A DNA stretch of 64,000 bases from Oscillospiraceae bacterium (GTDB lineage Bacteria; Bacillota; Clostridia; Oscillospirales; Oscillospiraceae). The DNA is taken from contig JAHHRZ010000005.1 of assembly GCA_020025515.1 (NCBI GenBank), positions 53,628 to 117,627 of the forward strand, read 5' to 3'. The first letter of the stretch is position 1, and each line of letters opens with the position of its first letter. The notes beneath the pieces were generated by a model that worked only from the letters and a program-made list of their open reading frames with translations, had not been told where the DNA came from and searched no databases. Both the position numbers and the translations under genes were made by a program. Positions 49,404-59,322 of this stretch are shown here, in pieces.

Positions 49404-50746
49404 GGTTCGATCTCCTTCCAAAGGGCCAAAGCCCTGGAACATAAAATTTGAGGGTCATTTTCCAGAATCCCGTCTCCGACCTCTGCCAAAAGACGGTGCA
49501 GGAGCTTTCTCAATATTGGCCCCTGTGGAATTCCTGCCGCCATCAGCTCTTTTCCTCCCAAAGCCAGGTCGGAAATGGTGAGACAGGGGTGCTGCGCCAG
49601 AATTTGATTCAGGTGTTCTTCAAAACGGTCGAAGGGGGCGGGATCGGAACAGGTGCCTTTGCCCCCGTCATCGGCCCGGTCCAGGGCGATGAGGTTGCGA
49701 AGGGTGGTTTCCCCCAGACGACGAAGCACCCGGCGGATGGGTTTGTCCTGGGGGTACCGGGCCATATCCCGGGTCAGACTGTGGAAGGCCACCAGATTGC
49801 GCACCTCCTCCCGCAAAGCGGTAGGGGCGTGGAGCTCGGTGAGAATTTCCCAGGCCATTTTGGAACCTACATAGGCGTGGTTCTTGAAATGGCCAATGCC
49901 CTCCTGATCCAGTGTAAAGGTCTGAGGCTTTCCGATATCGTGCAGAAGTGCGGCCCAGCGCAGAGGCAGGGTGGGAGGGACCCCTTCCACCACATGAGCA
50001 GTATGGGTATAGACATCATAAATGTGGTGAGGATTGTGCTGCAAAAAACCGTACAGAGGTTTGAGGGCCGGAACTGCCTCCCCAAGCACCGGGGCAAACA
50101 GCAAGAGATCCTGCACCTTCGCATGGGGAAGATAGCCGCATAGCTCCGAAAATACCCGCTCTCTTGCCTGAAGTGCCAAAAGGGGCGCAAGATCACACAT
50201 GGCCTGCAAGGTCTTTGGCTCCGGAGTGAGGCCGAACCGGGCGGCAAAGCGAACACCTCGCAAAATACGCAGGCCGTCCTCCTGAAACCGTGCTTCCGGC
50301 TGGCCTACAGTACGCAGAATCTGATTTTTTAAATCGGATTGTCCTCCAAAGGGGTCCGCAAGACCACACCGTGGACGATAGGCCATGGCGTTGACGGTGA
50401 AATCCCGGCGGGCCAGATCTGCCTCAATATGGGACTCGAAACGCACCCAGCCAGGGTGCCGATTGTCGGTATAATCTCCCTCGGAGCGGAAGGTGGTGAT
50501 TTCAACCACTCCGTGCTCTGTCACAACACCGGTGGTGCCGTGTTTTTGACCGGCCAGAACCAGACGGTGGTCACAGAATACCTGGGCCGTTTCCTGCGGC
50601 AGTGCGTTGGTGCACAGATCCCAGTCGTGGACAGAGACGCCCAGAATACTGTCCCGGATGCAGCCGCCTACCGCCCAGGCCTCATAGCCATGGTCTTCCA
50701 GACGATCCATAATAGCGAGAATGTGGGTGGGAATAGCAAAGTCCAT
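49382..50746 (-). CDS. cca: tRNA nucleotidyltransferase (CCA-adding / poly(A) polymerase family) with HD domain
   Basis: VGGCIRD, DWDLCT, EITTFR, DLARRDFTVNAM, EDGLRILR, LLHDIGK. Confidence 0.92.
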   Translation of the reverse strand: MDFAIPTHILAIMDRLEDHGYEAWAVGGCIRDSILGVSVHDWDLCTNALPQETAQVFCDHRLVLAGQKHGTTGVVTEHGVVEITTFRSEGDYTDNRHPGWVRFESHIEADLARRDFTVNAMAYRPRCGLADPFGGQSDLKNQILRTVGQPEARFQEDGLRILRGVRFAARFGLTPEPKTLQAMCDLAPLLALQARERVFSELCGYLPHAKVQDLLLFAPVLGEAVPALKPLYGFLQHNPHHIYDVYTHTAHVVEGVPPTLPLRWAALLHDIGKPQTFTLDQEGIGHFKNHAYVGSKMAWEILTELHAPTALREEVRNLVAFHSLTRDMARYPQDKPIRRVLRRLGETTLRNLIALDRADDGGKGTCSDPAPFDRFEEHLNQILAQHPCLTISDLALGGKELMAAGIPQGPILRKLLHRLLAEVGDGILENDPQILCSRALALWKEIEPCTNQNK

Positions 50747-50895
50747 GAAACGACCTCCCTTTTTATATTTTTGTTATATTACCATACATCAATAGAAACT
50801 GCAACCGGCGATCCTTTTATAAGGGTTGTGGAATATTTTTGACTTAATAAAAGACCTGCGGCAACACAGATGGTTTGCAGCAGGTCTTATTAGGA

Positions 50896-52920
50896 TTATT
50901 TGACTGTTTTATAGTAGTCTGTCGTAAGAAGCAGGTTGCTGATTCGGATATATTCCATGGTCATGGACTCCATTTTCTGGAGATATTCCTCGGTCAGCTT
51001 CTTGTTTTTTACATTCATGAAAATCTCGGGATCTCCGGAACCATCTGAGCGGCAGGCTACGCCGTCGCTGATCCAGCTGCCGTCGGGGAACAGGGCATAG
51101 CCCTCGTAGCCGGGATCGAAGGCATCCTTGCCCAGATAATGATAGGGGCTCTCGATGCCCAACAGGTTCAAAACCGTGGGCAGAAGATCAGAGGTGTTCA
51201 GGGTTTTGTCTACCTGCATCTTGGGGCCGTCGGCAGACCAGATAAAGCAGGGCGTTTTTTCCAGAAGCAGGGGATCATCTACCTGGGACAGTTCCATCAT
51301 GGTGTCTACATCCTTGAATCCGTAGGCATAATGGTCTGTGAAGGCGACAATGACGGTGTTTTCCAGCTGGCCCCGGTTTTTCAGCTCCTGAATGAGATCG
51401 GCAAACATGTCATCCACCAGCTTGGCTTTCACACGGATACAGTCTATTTCCTCGTGGCCATAGCGGCCCTGATACTCCGGGTACCGCTTCAGCGCATAGT
51501 GACTCAAGACCTCATTGTAGACGTAGCTCAGATGGGCAGAGCGGGTGATATAGAAATTAAAGGTCTTGCCATCCCGGAAAAACTGCTGGCGCAGCTCCTC
51601 ATTTTCCAGGAAATAGGAGTCATTGAACAGGTCATCGTCTTTGTCGGTGTAGTCCTCAAAGCTGATATACTTTTCGTAGCCCATAGAAGGCTCAAAGACA
51701 CCACGGCTGTAAAACTCCGGGCTGTTATAGTGGAAGGTCAGGGCGTGATATCCCGCTTTTGTAAGGAGATTGGCCATGGACTCGTTGTAATGGTTGGTGA
51801 CATAGTCAAAGGCATAATTGCCCATGGTGGGGAGATAGATGCCGGTGTTTACGCAAAATTCCGTGTTAAAGGTCCGGACAGTGCCATAGCCGGGGGTATA
51901 GAAGTTAGTGAAGTTAATACCCTCCTGCATGAGCCTGTGGAGGGTGGGGGTATCCTCCGGGGTAATGAGCCAGTCGTCCATAGATTCCATGAGAACCATT
52001 ACCACATTTTTTCCTTCAAAAATCCCGGTCATGTCGTTGGGCTCATGGGCACTTTGCTTGCTGAAATACGCCTGTATCTCCTGCGCGTCGTTTCGCTGAT
52101 TGGTCCGATAGGCGGGAGTCAGGGGGTAAAGTTCATGTTTCCAGATGTCCCGCATGGTCAGCTGGTAAATTCCGCAGATGTTATAAACCCGGTTTGCATC
52201 ATACATGGTGTTGTAGGTGGCTCGGTAAGAAGTGGACTGCATATAGTCCGACTGGGTTCCCCATACGGCAAGGTCCCGGATAAACACCAGCTCAGGCAGA
52301 AATACGAGACCGGTGACAGACAGTGCCAGCGTAATGCCGCAGGCCAGATAGGACTGCCAATCTTTGTTCCATTTTGGCATCTGCCAGATGCACAGCACAC
52401 CCATAGCAATCAGAACTACGGTGCCAATCCACCACATGGGAGTGAAGCCAATGAGGATAGAATCCAGATAGTCGGCCCCTTCCCCGGCGTAGAACATATC
52501 GGAAAGCCACATGAGTTTTCGGAAGAACTGGTAATATCCGGTCTGCCCAATGGTCCATAGGGCGATGAAATAGTAGGTGATGCCATAAAAAATCCGACCG
52601 GCAAGGGTGGGAAGGGCGATGGTGATTCCGGTGAGGATACAGGCCCAGAGAAAGCCAAAGCCCAGATTGATCACGCTGTCAGCATGTAGAATCAGGGACG
52701 CAAAGGCCTCTACCAGAAAGTAGGACAGACCAATGAGAAGCACACGGTGCCACACCCTTGGGGGTTTTTGCTCCGCTGGGCTGGGGATTTGAGCGCCGTC
52801 CATGGGCTCTGATTCAGATGGGGGGTCATTCACAGGCTCAGCTTGGGACTGGGCTGGGAGAATGTCCGCAGGTGGCTCCAATGGTGTTTGGACTTCAGGA
52901 TTGATTTCTTTATTTGACAT
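50896..52920 (-). CDS. LTA synthase-family membrane sulfatase
   Basis: About 5 N-terminal TM segments, NVVMVLMES, TFNTEF, FTDHY, DLLPTVLNLLG; SD GGAGG. Confidence 0.82.
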   Translation of the reverse strand: MSNKEINPEVQTPLEPPADILPAQSQAEPVNDPPSESEPMDGAQIPSPAEQKPPRVWHRVLLIGLSYFLVEAFASLILHADSVINLGFGFLWACILTGITIALPTLAGRIFYGITYYFIALWTIGQTGYYQFFRKLMWLSDMFYAGEGADYLDSILIGFTPMWWIGTVVLIAMGVLCIWQMPKWNKDWQSYLACGITLALSVTGLVFLPELVFIRDLAVWGTQSDYMQSTSYRATYNTMYDANRVYNICGIYQLTMRDIWKHELYPLTPAYRTNQRNDAQEIQAYFSKQSAHEPNDMTGIFEGKNVVMVLMESMDDWLITPEDTPTLHRLMQEGINFTNFYTPGYGTVRTFNTEFCVNTGIYLPTMGNYAFDYVTNHYNESMANLLTKAGYHALTFHYNSPEFYSRGVFEPSMGYEKYISFEDYTDKDDDLFNDSYFLENEELRQQFFRDGKTFNFYITRSAHLSYVYNEVLSHYALKRYPEYQGRYGHEEIDCIRVKAKLVDDMFADLIQELKNRGQLENTVIVAFTDHYAYGFKDVDTMMELSQVDDPLLLEKTPCFIWSADGPKMQVDKTLNTSDLLPTVLNLLGIESPYHYLGKDAFDPGYEGYALFPDGSWISDGVACRSDGSGDPEIFMNVKNKKLTEEYLQKMESMTMEYIRISNLLLTTDYYKTVK

Positions 52921-53101
52921 AATATGCCTCCGTCCGGTGCGCATTCCCATGCTCCTATACACGGGGATAGGTTTCCGGTATTTCGGACGTTCAGAAAACG
53001 GTCCGTACAAGTTGTGACGGAAAAAGGGAAGTCTGGTTGCGCTGTATTGAAAAAAAGATTGGCGGCGGGTTGCCCTGCCGCCAATGATTTGGATGTGTGG
53101 A

Positions 53102-54535
53102 TCAGAACTGAATCTTTTTGGAGATATAGTCCTTCAGTTCGGAGATGGGCAGGCGAACCTGCTCCATGGTGTCACGGTCACGAACGGTGACACAGTGATC
53201 GGCAGGGGTGTTCTCATCGCCCACGGTCTGGAAGTCCACGGTGATGCACAGAGGGGTGCCGATTTCGTCGGCCCGGCGGTAACGCTTGCCAATGGAGCCG
53301 GCATCATCAAAGTCCACCATGAAGTCCTTTTGCAGTTCGTGGTAGATTTCCTCAGCCTTTCCGGAGAGCTTCTTGGACAGGGGCAGAATGGCGGCCTTGA
53401 AGGGAGCCAGCGCGGGATGCAGACGCAGGACGGTCCGCACATCGTCGTTGCCCTTCTTGTCCTGACCCACCACTTCTTCATCGTATGCATCGCACAGGAA
53501 GGCCAGTACGGAACGCTCCACACCCAGAGAGGGCTCGATGACATAGGGAATATAGCGCTCATTCTTCTCCTGGTCGAAGTAGGTCAGGTCCTTGCCGGAA
53601 GTTGTCTGGTGCTGATTGAGGTCATAGTCCGTCCGGTCAGCAACGCCCCACAGCTCGCCCCAGCCGAAGGGGAAGAGGAATTCAAAGTCTGTGGTGGCCT
53701 TGGAATAGAAGCACAGCTCCTCGGGATCGTGGTCACGCAGGCGGAGATTCTCTTCCCGCAGGCCCAGATTCAGCAGCCACTGATGGCAGAAGTTGCGCCA
53801 GTACTGGAACCACTCCAGATCGGTGCCGGGCTGGCAGAAGAACTCCAGCTCCATCTGCTCAAACTCACGGACACGGAAAATGAAGTTGCCGGGAGTGATC
53901 TCGTTTCGGAAGGACTTGCCGATCTGGCCGATGCCGAAGGGCAGCTTGCGGCGGGTAGTCCGCTGGACATTCACAAAGTTGGTGAAGATGCCCTGTGCAG
54001 TCTCAGGACGGAGATACACCGTGTTCTTTGCGTCCTCGGTGACGCCCTGGAAGGTTTTGAACATCAGGTTGAACTGACGGATATCCGTGAAGTTATGCTT
54101 GCCGCAGGTGGGACAGGGGATGTTGTGCTCCTCCACAAAGTCCTTCATCTCCTGATGGGTCATGGCATCCAGAGGCTTTTCCAGAGAGAAGGCATTGTCA
54201 CTGGCCCAGTCTTCAATGACCTTGTCCGCACGGAACCGTTCATGACATTCCCGGCAGTCCATGAGGGGGTCGGAGAAGCCGCCCAGATGGCCGGAGGCCA
54301 CCCATACCTGGGGGTTCATCAGAATCGCAGAGTCCTGACCCACATTGTAGGGATTTTCCTGGATGAACTTCTTCCACCAGGCTTTCTTGACATTGTTCTT
54401 CAGCTCCACGCCCAGAGGACCGTAGTCCCAGGTGTTGGCCAGACCGCCGTAAATCTCAGAACCGGCAAATACAAAGCCCCGGTTTTTGCACAGGGCAACA
54501 ATTTTTTCCATGGTTTTCTCTTCATTTTTGAGCAT
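53102..54535 (-). CDS. glyQS: Glycyl-tRNA synthetase, alpha2 type
   Basis: [53 protein letters not shown]. Confidence 0.96.
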   Translation of the reverse strand: MLKNEEKTMEKIVALCKNRGFVFAGSEIYGGLANTWDYGPLGVELKNNVKKAWWKKFIQENPYNVGQDSAILMNPQVWVASGHLGGFSDPLMDCRECHERFRADKVIEDWASDNAFSLEKPLDAMTHQEMKDFVEEHNIPCPTCGKHNFTDIRQFNLMFKTFQGVTEDAKNTVYLRPETAQGIFTNFVNVQRTTRRKLPFGIGQIGKSFRNEITPGNFIFRVREFEQMELEFFCQPGTDLEWFQYWRNFCHQWLLNLGLREENLRLRDHDPEELCFYSKATTDFEFLFPFGWGELWGVADRTDYDLNQHQTTSGKDLTYFDQEKNERYIPYVIEPSLGVERSVLAFLCDAYDEEVVGQDKKGNDDVRTVLRLHPALAPFKAAILPLSKKLSGKAEEIYHELQKDFMVDFDDAGSIGKRYRRADEIGTPLCITVDFQTVGDENTPADHCVTVRDRDTMEQVRLPISELKDYISKKIQF

Positions 54536-54652
54536 GCTAGTTACCTCCTGTAATGAGCAGATGATTCTCAAATCTGAAGGTCATTATAAAGGAAAATCTT
54601 CCAAAAATCAACTGGCATACTGCCATTTGCCGAAATTAAGGCAGATTACCCA

Positions 54653-55600
54653 TTAAAAAGGAGCACGGTCCAGGTCTTTATAGGGATATATTCGCTGGAA
54701 GGTGCCGTCGGGTGTCCTCTGGTAGCTGACTCTGTGGCGATTGAGAAGACGGACCAGGGGGTAGACATCGATCCAGATTTCACTGTTGCAATCTTTCTGA
54801 CTTTCGTCAAAAATGAGCTGAAGGCCGAAGTGGAGGTGGACGATTTCAATGTTATTGGTGTTTTCTTTGGTGGAATAGCCGGTTCTTCCCATGAAGCCCA
54901 AAAGCTGTCCCGCCTCCACCTGATCTCCTTCCTTGAGACCGGGGGCAAAGGGATTGTCCTTTTGCAGATGGGCGTAGTAATAGTATCGGTGGCGGTCAAA
55001 AGAGCGGATGCCCACCCGCCAGCCTCCATATTGGTTCCAGCCTATGGCTTCCACGGTTCCGGCTTCCACCGCCACAATGGGGGTGCCCGGGGAACCCAGC
55101 AGGTCGTTTCCCAGATGCTTTCTGGCAAAGCCATAGGAACGACCGGCGCCGAAGTCGTCATAGTGGCTGTAGCCATATCCTGCGGCGATGGGAGAGAAGG
55201 CTTTGAGCCCATAAGTCGGCTGCCATCCCTGTTGGGTCTCAATGGAAAAGTTTCCCACAAGGCCGCCTAAAGCGGCGCTGTAGCTTTCAAAGTAATAATC
55301 ATAATACTTGGAAAGGTCTCCCAGCAATTCCTGGGGACTTTTTCCGCTTTGCAGCTCGTTCCAGGCTCGGTCTACGGAAGAAGCGGTGACTTTCCCTCCT
55401 GTTCGGCAGGCAGCTGTGGACAAAAGCGTGATCCAGCTGACGGGATGATCCTGCTCCTGAGAACGGATATCCAGTGCAAGCGCTTTATCCAGGGCCTCAT
55501 AGGAGACGTTAAAATCCACCCATTTAATATAATCTGCCCCCGATGCGGTGGGCAGAAGCAACAGAATCAGAATCAATGTCAATATAACCCGAAATTTCAC
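54653..55600 (-). CDS. Secreted M23-family metallopeptidase
   Basis: Signal peptide, HLGNDL (HxxxD), YYYAHL, HLH; GTG start chosen from SD GAGGTG. Confidence 0.88.
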   Translation of the reverse strand: MKFRVILTLILILLLLPTASGADYIKWVDFNVSYEALDKALALDIRSQEQDHPVSWITLLSTAACRTGGKVTASSVDRAWNELQSGKSPQELLGDLSKYYDYYFESYSAALGGLVGNFSIETQQGWQPTYGLKAFSPIAAGYGYSHYDDFGAGRSYGFARKHLGNDLLGSPGTPIVAVEAGTVEAIGWNQYGGWRVGIRSFDRHRYYYYAHLQKDNPFAPGLKEGDQVEAGQLLGFMGRTGYSTKENTNNIEIVHLHFGLQLIFDESQKDCNSEIWIDVYPLVRLLNRHRVSYQRTPDGTFQRIYPYKDLDRAPF

Positions 55601-55661
55601 AAAAACCACCTCTTTCGGATATTGTACCGAGAAGAGGTGGTTTTATACCTGTATCAAATTC

Positions 55662-56651
55662 TCATCTGGGAAGTTCCTTCCTTAAAATCTCAGCAAGGGA
55701 GGAGGTGTTGATATTGGCCTCAGAGGTCCCCTTGGGGGTCACGGCCCGCCCGTCCGGCAACAGGCACACGGAGCAGTGATTGTGGGAAATAATATGATCG
55801 ATAGACAGAAGATCTTCCGGAAGATCCATGATGATAAAGGGGTACTGATGTCCTCGTCTGGCGTCGAGCACAAGCCGATGAACTGCCTCCCGCGCTTCCG
55901 CACCATCGTGCTGGGCGCAGAGCAAAACCATGAGACCACCCAAATCTCCGGCCTTTTCGATTCTCTGAGAAAGATTTTGGGTATCATGGTAGGGAAGGTA
56001 GACCCCAAAGAGCATTTTTCGTTCTTTTAAGGCCATGCACAGAGACTGGGACTGGGGGTCTTCTCCACGGACACAGACCAAAAGGTTTTGATAATTGCTC
56101 AAAGAATCCAGATTCCAAGACGGCACCCGGTCCGGATGGGTGAAGACCGCAAAGGCGCAGGTAGGGTACTCCTGCAAGAGACACTCCAGATCCTCCTGCT
56201 TCATGGCATGGTCGTGGAGATAGAACACATGAACCCCAAAGCCCACCGCCTCTTTGATGGCTTTTTCTGTAGTGGAAAAACGCAGGGCGTTTTCTCCGGC
56301 ATAGAGCTCCAGCGCCCAGGGAACCTGAAAGCCTTCTGTTTCCTCAGTCTGGCGGATAAGCCGTGCTCCACGGCTGCACCCCTCCAAGCCCACGTTGATG
56401 CCGAAGGTAATCAGACTTCTGCGGTCAAAATCCCGCAGAGCCCGGTTGATGGCGTCATAATACAGACTGTCATCTTCCTGTAAAAGTTCGGTGCATAAGG
56501 TAAAAAAATACCGCTCAAATGGCCCCCTCGAGAAAAAGAGCCCCATATCTGCCAGCTTTCTGGCGGTGCGGTGTGAATCATTTTCCATGTCGGCCAAGGC
56601 GCGACTGATGGTATTGTCTAAAATAATCCGGTTCAGATCCGGCCTTTTCAT
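55662..56651 (-). CDS. Hypothetical protein resembling a degenerate radical SAM enzyme
   Basis: SD AGGAGG; VPWAL, GVHVFYL, CAFAVFT and LFGV segments resemble clostridial radical SAM proteins, but there is no CxxxCxxC. Confidence 0.75.
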   Translation of the reverse strand: MKRPDLNRIILDNTISRALADMENDSHRTARKLADMGLFFSRGPFERYFFTLCTELLQEDDSLYYDAINRALRDFDRRSLITFGINVGLEGCSRGARLIRQTEETEGFQVPWALELYAGENALRFSTTEKAIKEAVGFGVHVFYLHDHAMKQEDLECLLQEYPTCAFAVFTHPDRVPSWNLDSLSNYQNLLVCVRGEDPQSQSLCMALKERKMLFGVYLPYHDTQNLSQRIEKAGDLGGLMVLLCAQHDGAEAREAVHRLVLDARRGHQYPFIIMDLPEDLLSIDHIISHNHCSVCLLPDGRAVTPKGTSEANINTSSLAEILRKELPR

Positions 56652-56841
56652 AGTGCCGTGGCCCTCCTATATTTACGAATTCCATTGTTGTTTTATTGTA
56701 TCACACTTTTACGGAAAATGCATCCTTCCACAGAAAAAAGAATTACCCAAAAGAAAAGTTTTGTATCAAGACGCATGCTGAAAGAAACGGGAATACCTCA
56801 ATAGAAATTTGCAAAAGAAAGAGAAAAAGTTGTGTTTCGCC

Positions 56842-56870
56842 TTGACAAGCAGTGTCATCAATGGTAGAAT
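56842..56870 (+). promoter_or_regulatory. Sigma-A promoter of the rplU operon
   Basis: TTGACA-N17-TAGAAT with TGn extension. Confidence 0.8.
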
Positions 56871-56928
56871 GGTATGGCCGCATCAAAGGGGCTTAAGTCG
56901 GCATGCCCGCGCCCCAAGAGCGAGACTA
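56871..56928 (+). ncRNA. L21 leader (putative ribosomal-protein autoregulatory RNA)
   Basis: CCGCA..GGGGCUUAAG..GCCCC..GCGAGACU arrangement directly upstream of rplU. Confidence 0.6.
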
Positions 56929-56952
56929 CAAAGAAAGTAGGTGCAACAAATC

Positions 56953-57264
56953 GTGAAAGCAGTTATTGTTACCGGCGGCAAGCAGTACACCGTGGCGGAA
57001 GGCGACGTGATCTACGTCGAGAAGCTGGGTGTTGAGGCCGAGGAGACTGTGACCTTCGATCAGGTCCTGGCTGTTGTGGATGGCGAGAACTCCAAGTTCG
57101 GCGCTCCCGTGGTGGCTGGTGCCGCTGTTGAGGGCAAGGTCATCAAGAACGGCAAGGGTAAGAAGGTTGTTGTCTTCAAGTACCGCCCCAAGAAGGACTC
57201 CAAGTCCCTGCGTGGCCACCGTCAGCCTTACACCAAGGTCGAGATCACCAAGATCGCTCTGTAA
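56953..57264 (+). CDS. rplU: 50S ribosomal protein L21
   Basis: TGGKQY, GHRQPYT; GTG start. Confidence 0.96.
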   Translation: MKAVIVTGGKQYTVAEGDVIYVEKLGVEAEETVTFDQVLAVVDGENSKFGAPVVAGAAVEGKVIKNGKGKKVVVFKYRPKKDSKSLRGHRQPYTKVEITKIAL

Positions 57265-57267
57265 GCT

Positions 57268-57591
57268 ATGACAAAGGTTGAATTTTTTACCCAGGGGGAG
57301 CGGATCACAGGGTTTCGCTGCTCCGGGCATAGCGGTTACGGCGAAGAGGGGGCGGACATCTTATGTGCCGCCATTACTTCCGCCGTGCGTTTGACCGAGT
57401 GTACCATCAATGAGGTGTGCGGCACTCGGGCTAAGGTTCGGGTCAATGAGGCGACTGCCACCATTACCCTGACCCTTCCTGCAACCTGTGACGATGAGGA
57501 GATTGTACAGGCTACATTGAGCGGCCTTATGACATATCTTGTCGAACTGCGGGAAGAATATCCTGATTTTCTCGACGTTTTGGAGGTGTAA
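57268..57591 (+). CDS. prp: Ribosomal-processing cysteine protease Prp
   Basis: [16 protein letters not shown] between rplU and rpmA. Confidence 0.92.
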   Translation: MTKVEFFTQGERITGFRCSGHSGYGEEGADILCAAITSAVRLTECTINEVCGTRAKVRVNEATATITLTLPATCDDEEIVQATLSGLMTYLVELREEYPDFLDVLEV

Positions 57592-57593
57592 TT

Positions 57594-57875
57594 ATGCTGA
57601 AAATTGGTCTTCAGTTCTTCGCCCATAAGAAAGGCGGCGGTTCCACCAAGAACGGCCGTGACTCTGAGTCTAAGCGCCTGGGCGTGAAGCGGGCCGACGG
57701 TCAGTTCGTTCTGGCTGGCAACATTCTGGTTCGCCAGAGAGGCACGCACATCCATCCCGGCACCAACGTGGGCATCGGCAGCGATGACACGCTGTTCGCT
57801 CTGATCGACGGCACTGTCCGTTTCGAGCGACTGGGCAAGGATCGCAAGCAGTGCTGCGTGTACGCAGAGCAGTAA
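57594..57875 (+). CDS. rpmA: 50S ribosomal protein L27 with Prp-cleaved N-terminal extension
   Basis: [24 protein letters not shown]. Confidence 0.97.
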   Translation: MLKIGLQFFAHKKGGGSTKNGRDSESKRLGVKRADGQFVLAGNILVRQRGTHIHPGTNVGIGSDDTLFALIDGTVRFERLGKDRKQCCVYAEQ

Positions 57876-57883
57876 TAAGTGGC

Positions 57884-57922
57884 AAGGGGCCGTTGCATAC
57901 TACCTGCAACGGCCCTTTTTTC
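57884..57922 (+). terminator. Terminator after rpmA
   Basis: GC-rich stem gggccgttgca/tgcaacggccc plus T-run. Confidence 0.85.
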
Positions 57923-58010
57923 CTAATTGCCGCCTTTGCAGAGTCCATGCCATTGGCGTGGGCTGTGGAAAGCCGACACTGGATTTCAACCCCTATGGGA
58001 GGAATGTTCT

Positions 58011-59285
58011 ATGTTTATTGACAAAGTTAGAATTATGGTTTCTGCCGGTAAGGGCGGCGACGGTGCTGTGGCCTTCCACCGGGAGAAATATGTGGCAGCC
58101 GGCGGCCCCGATGGCGGCGACGGCGGTCACGGCGGCAGCGTCATCCTGCGGGTGAACGATAACCTCACCACTTTGCTGGATTTCCGGTACAAGCGGAAGT
58201 ATGCTGCACGCTCCGGCGAAAATGGAGAAGGTGGACATCGGTCCGGCAAACGGGGCGAATCTCTGATCATTCAGGTCCCCCGAGGCACGGTGGTCCGGGA
58301 TGCTGAGAGCAACCAGATCATTGTGGATATGTCCGGTGACGAAGAGTTCGTCTTGGCCAAGGGCGGCCGTGGCGGCTGGGGCAACAAGCATTTTGCGACA
58401 CCCACCCGTCAGCTTCCCCGATTTGCCAAGGCAGGTCTTCCCGGCGAGGTGCGGGATGTGATCCTGGAGCTGAAGCTGCTGGCGGATGTGGGATTGGTGG
58501 GCTTCCCCAATGTTGGCAAGTCAACCCTTCTTTCCGTTACCTCCAATGCCAGACCCAAGATCGCAAATTATCATTTTACTACCTTGTATCCCAATCTGGG
58601 AGTCATCTATGTGGAAGAGGGCGTGTCCTTTGTCATGGCTGACATCCCCGGCATTATTGAGGGTGCCGCAGACGGTGCAGGGCTGGGCCACGACTTCCTG
58701 CGGCACATTGACCGCTGCCGGCTGCTGGTGCACATCGTGGATGTGTCCGGCTGTGAGGATCGGGACCCTGTGGAAGATTTTGACAAGATCTGTGCGGAGC
58801 TTCACGAGTACTCTGTGGACCTGTCCAACCGGCCCATGATCGTGGCTGCAAACAAATGTGATCTTCTGCCCCCGGACAGTGACAATCTCCAAAGACTCAG
58901 AGAGCATGTCCAGGAGCTGGGCTGCGAATTCTACGAGATTTCCGCTGCCACCACGCAAGGCACAAAAAACCTGATGCGGGTCATTGCGCAGAAGCTGCGG
59001 GACCTGCCCCCCATTACGGTGTATGAGCCCGAGTATGTAAAGCCTGTGGAGGAGCCCTGCGATCCTTCCGAGCTGGAGATCGACCACTATGGCAGCACCT
59101 GGGTGGTTTCCGGTGTATGGCTGGAGCGCCTCATGAATGATGTGTTCTTTGACGACTACGAGTCCCGGAACTACTTTGATCGGCAGCTTCGTAAAAGCGG
59201 CCTGTTTCAGCGCCTTGAGGAAATGGGAATTGAAGACGGCGACACCGTAAGCATCTATGACTGGGAATTTACCTACGAAAAATAA
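58011..59285 (+). CDS. obgE: GTPase ObgE/CgtA
   Basis: Gly-rich Obg fold, GFPNVGKS, YHFTT, DIPG, NKCD, C-terminal OCT domain. Confidence 0.97.
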   Translation: MFIDKVRIMVSAGKGGDGAVAFHREKYVAAGGPDGGDGGHGGSVILRVNDNLTTLLDFRYKRKYAARSGENGEGGHRSGKRGESLIIQVPRGTVVRDAESNQIIVDMSGDEEFVLAKGGRGGWGNKHFATPTRQLPRFAKAGLPGEVRDVILELKLLADVGLVGFPNVGKSTLLSVTSNARPKIANYHFTTLYPNLGVIYVEEGVSFVMADIPGIIEGAADGAGLGHDFLRHIDRCRLLVHIVDVSGCEDRDPVEDFDKICAELHEYSVDLSNRPMIVAANKCDLLPPDSDNLQRLREHVQELGCEFYEISAATTQGTKNLMRVIAQKLRDLPPITVYEPEYVKPVEEPCDPSELEIDHYGSTWVVSGVWLERLMNDVFFDDYESRNYFDRQLRKSGLFQRLEEMGIEDGDTVSIYDWEFTYEK

Positions 59286-59322
59286 AACGGACCCTTCGTT
59301 GAACAGGAGTGGCAAAAGAGAT

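Noticed and set aside
52950..52990. ECF-sigma-like promoter (CGAAAT-N16-CGTGTA, minus strand) before the LTA synthase gene
   Set aside because: Partial match only; cannot be distinguished from chance
54536..54611. T-box expected upstream of glyQS
   Set aside because: A TTGATT-N17-TATAAT promoter lies about 50 nt from the start, leaving no room, and no T-box motifs are present
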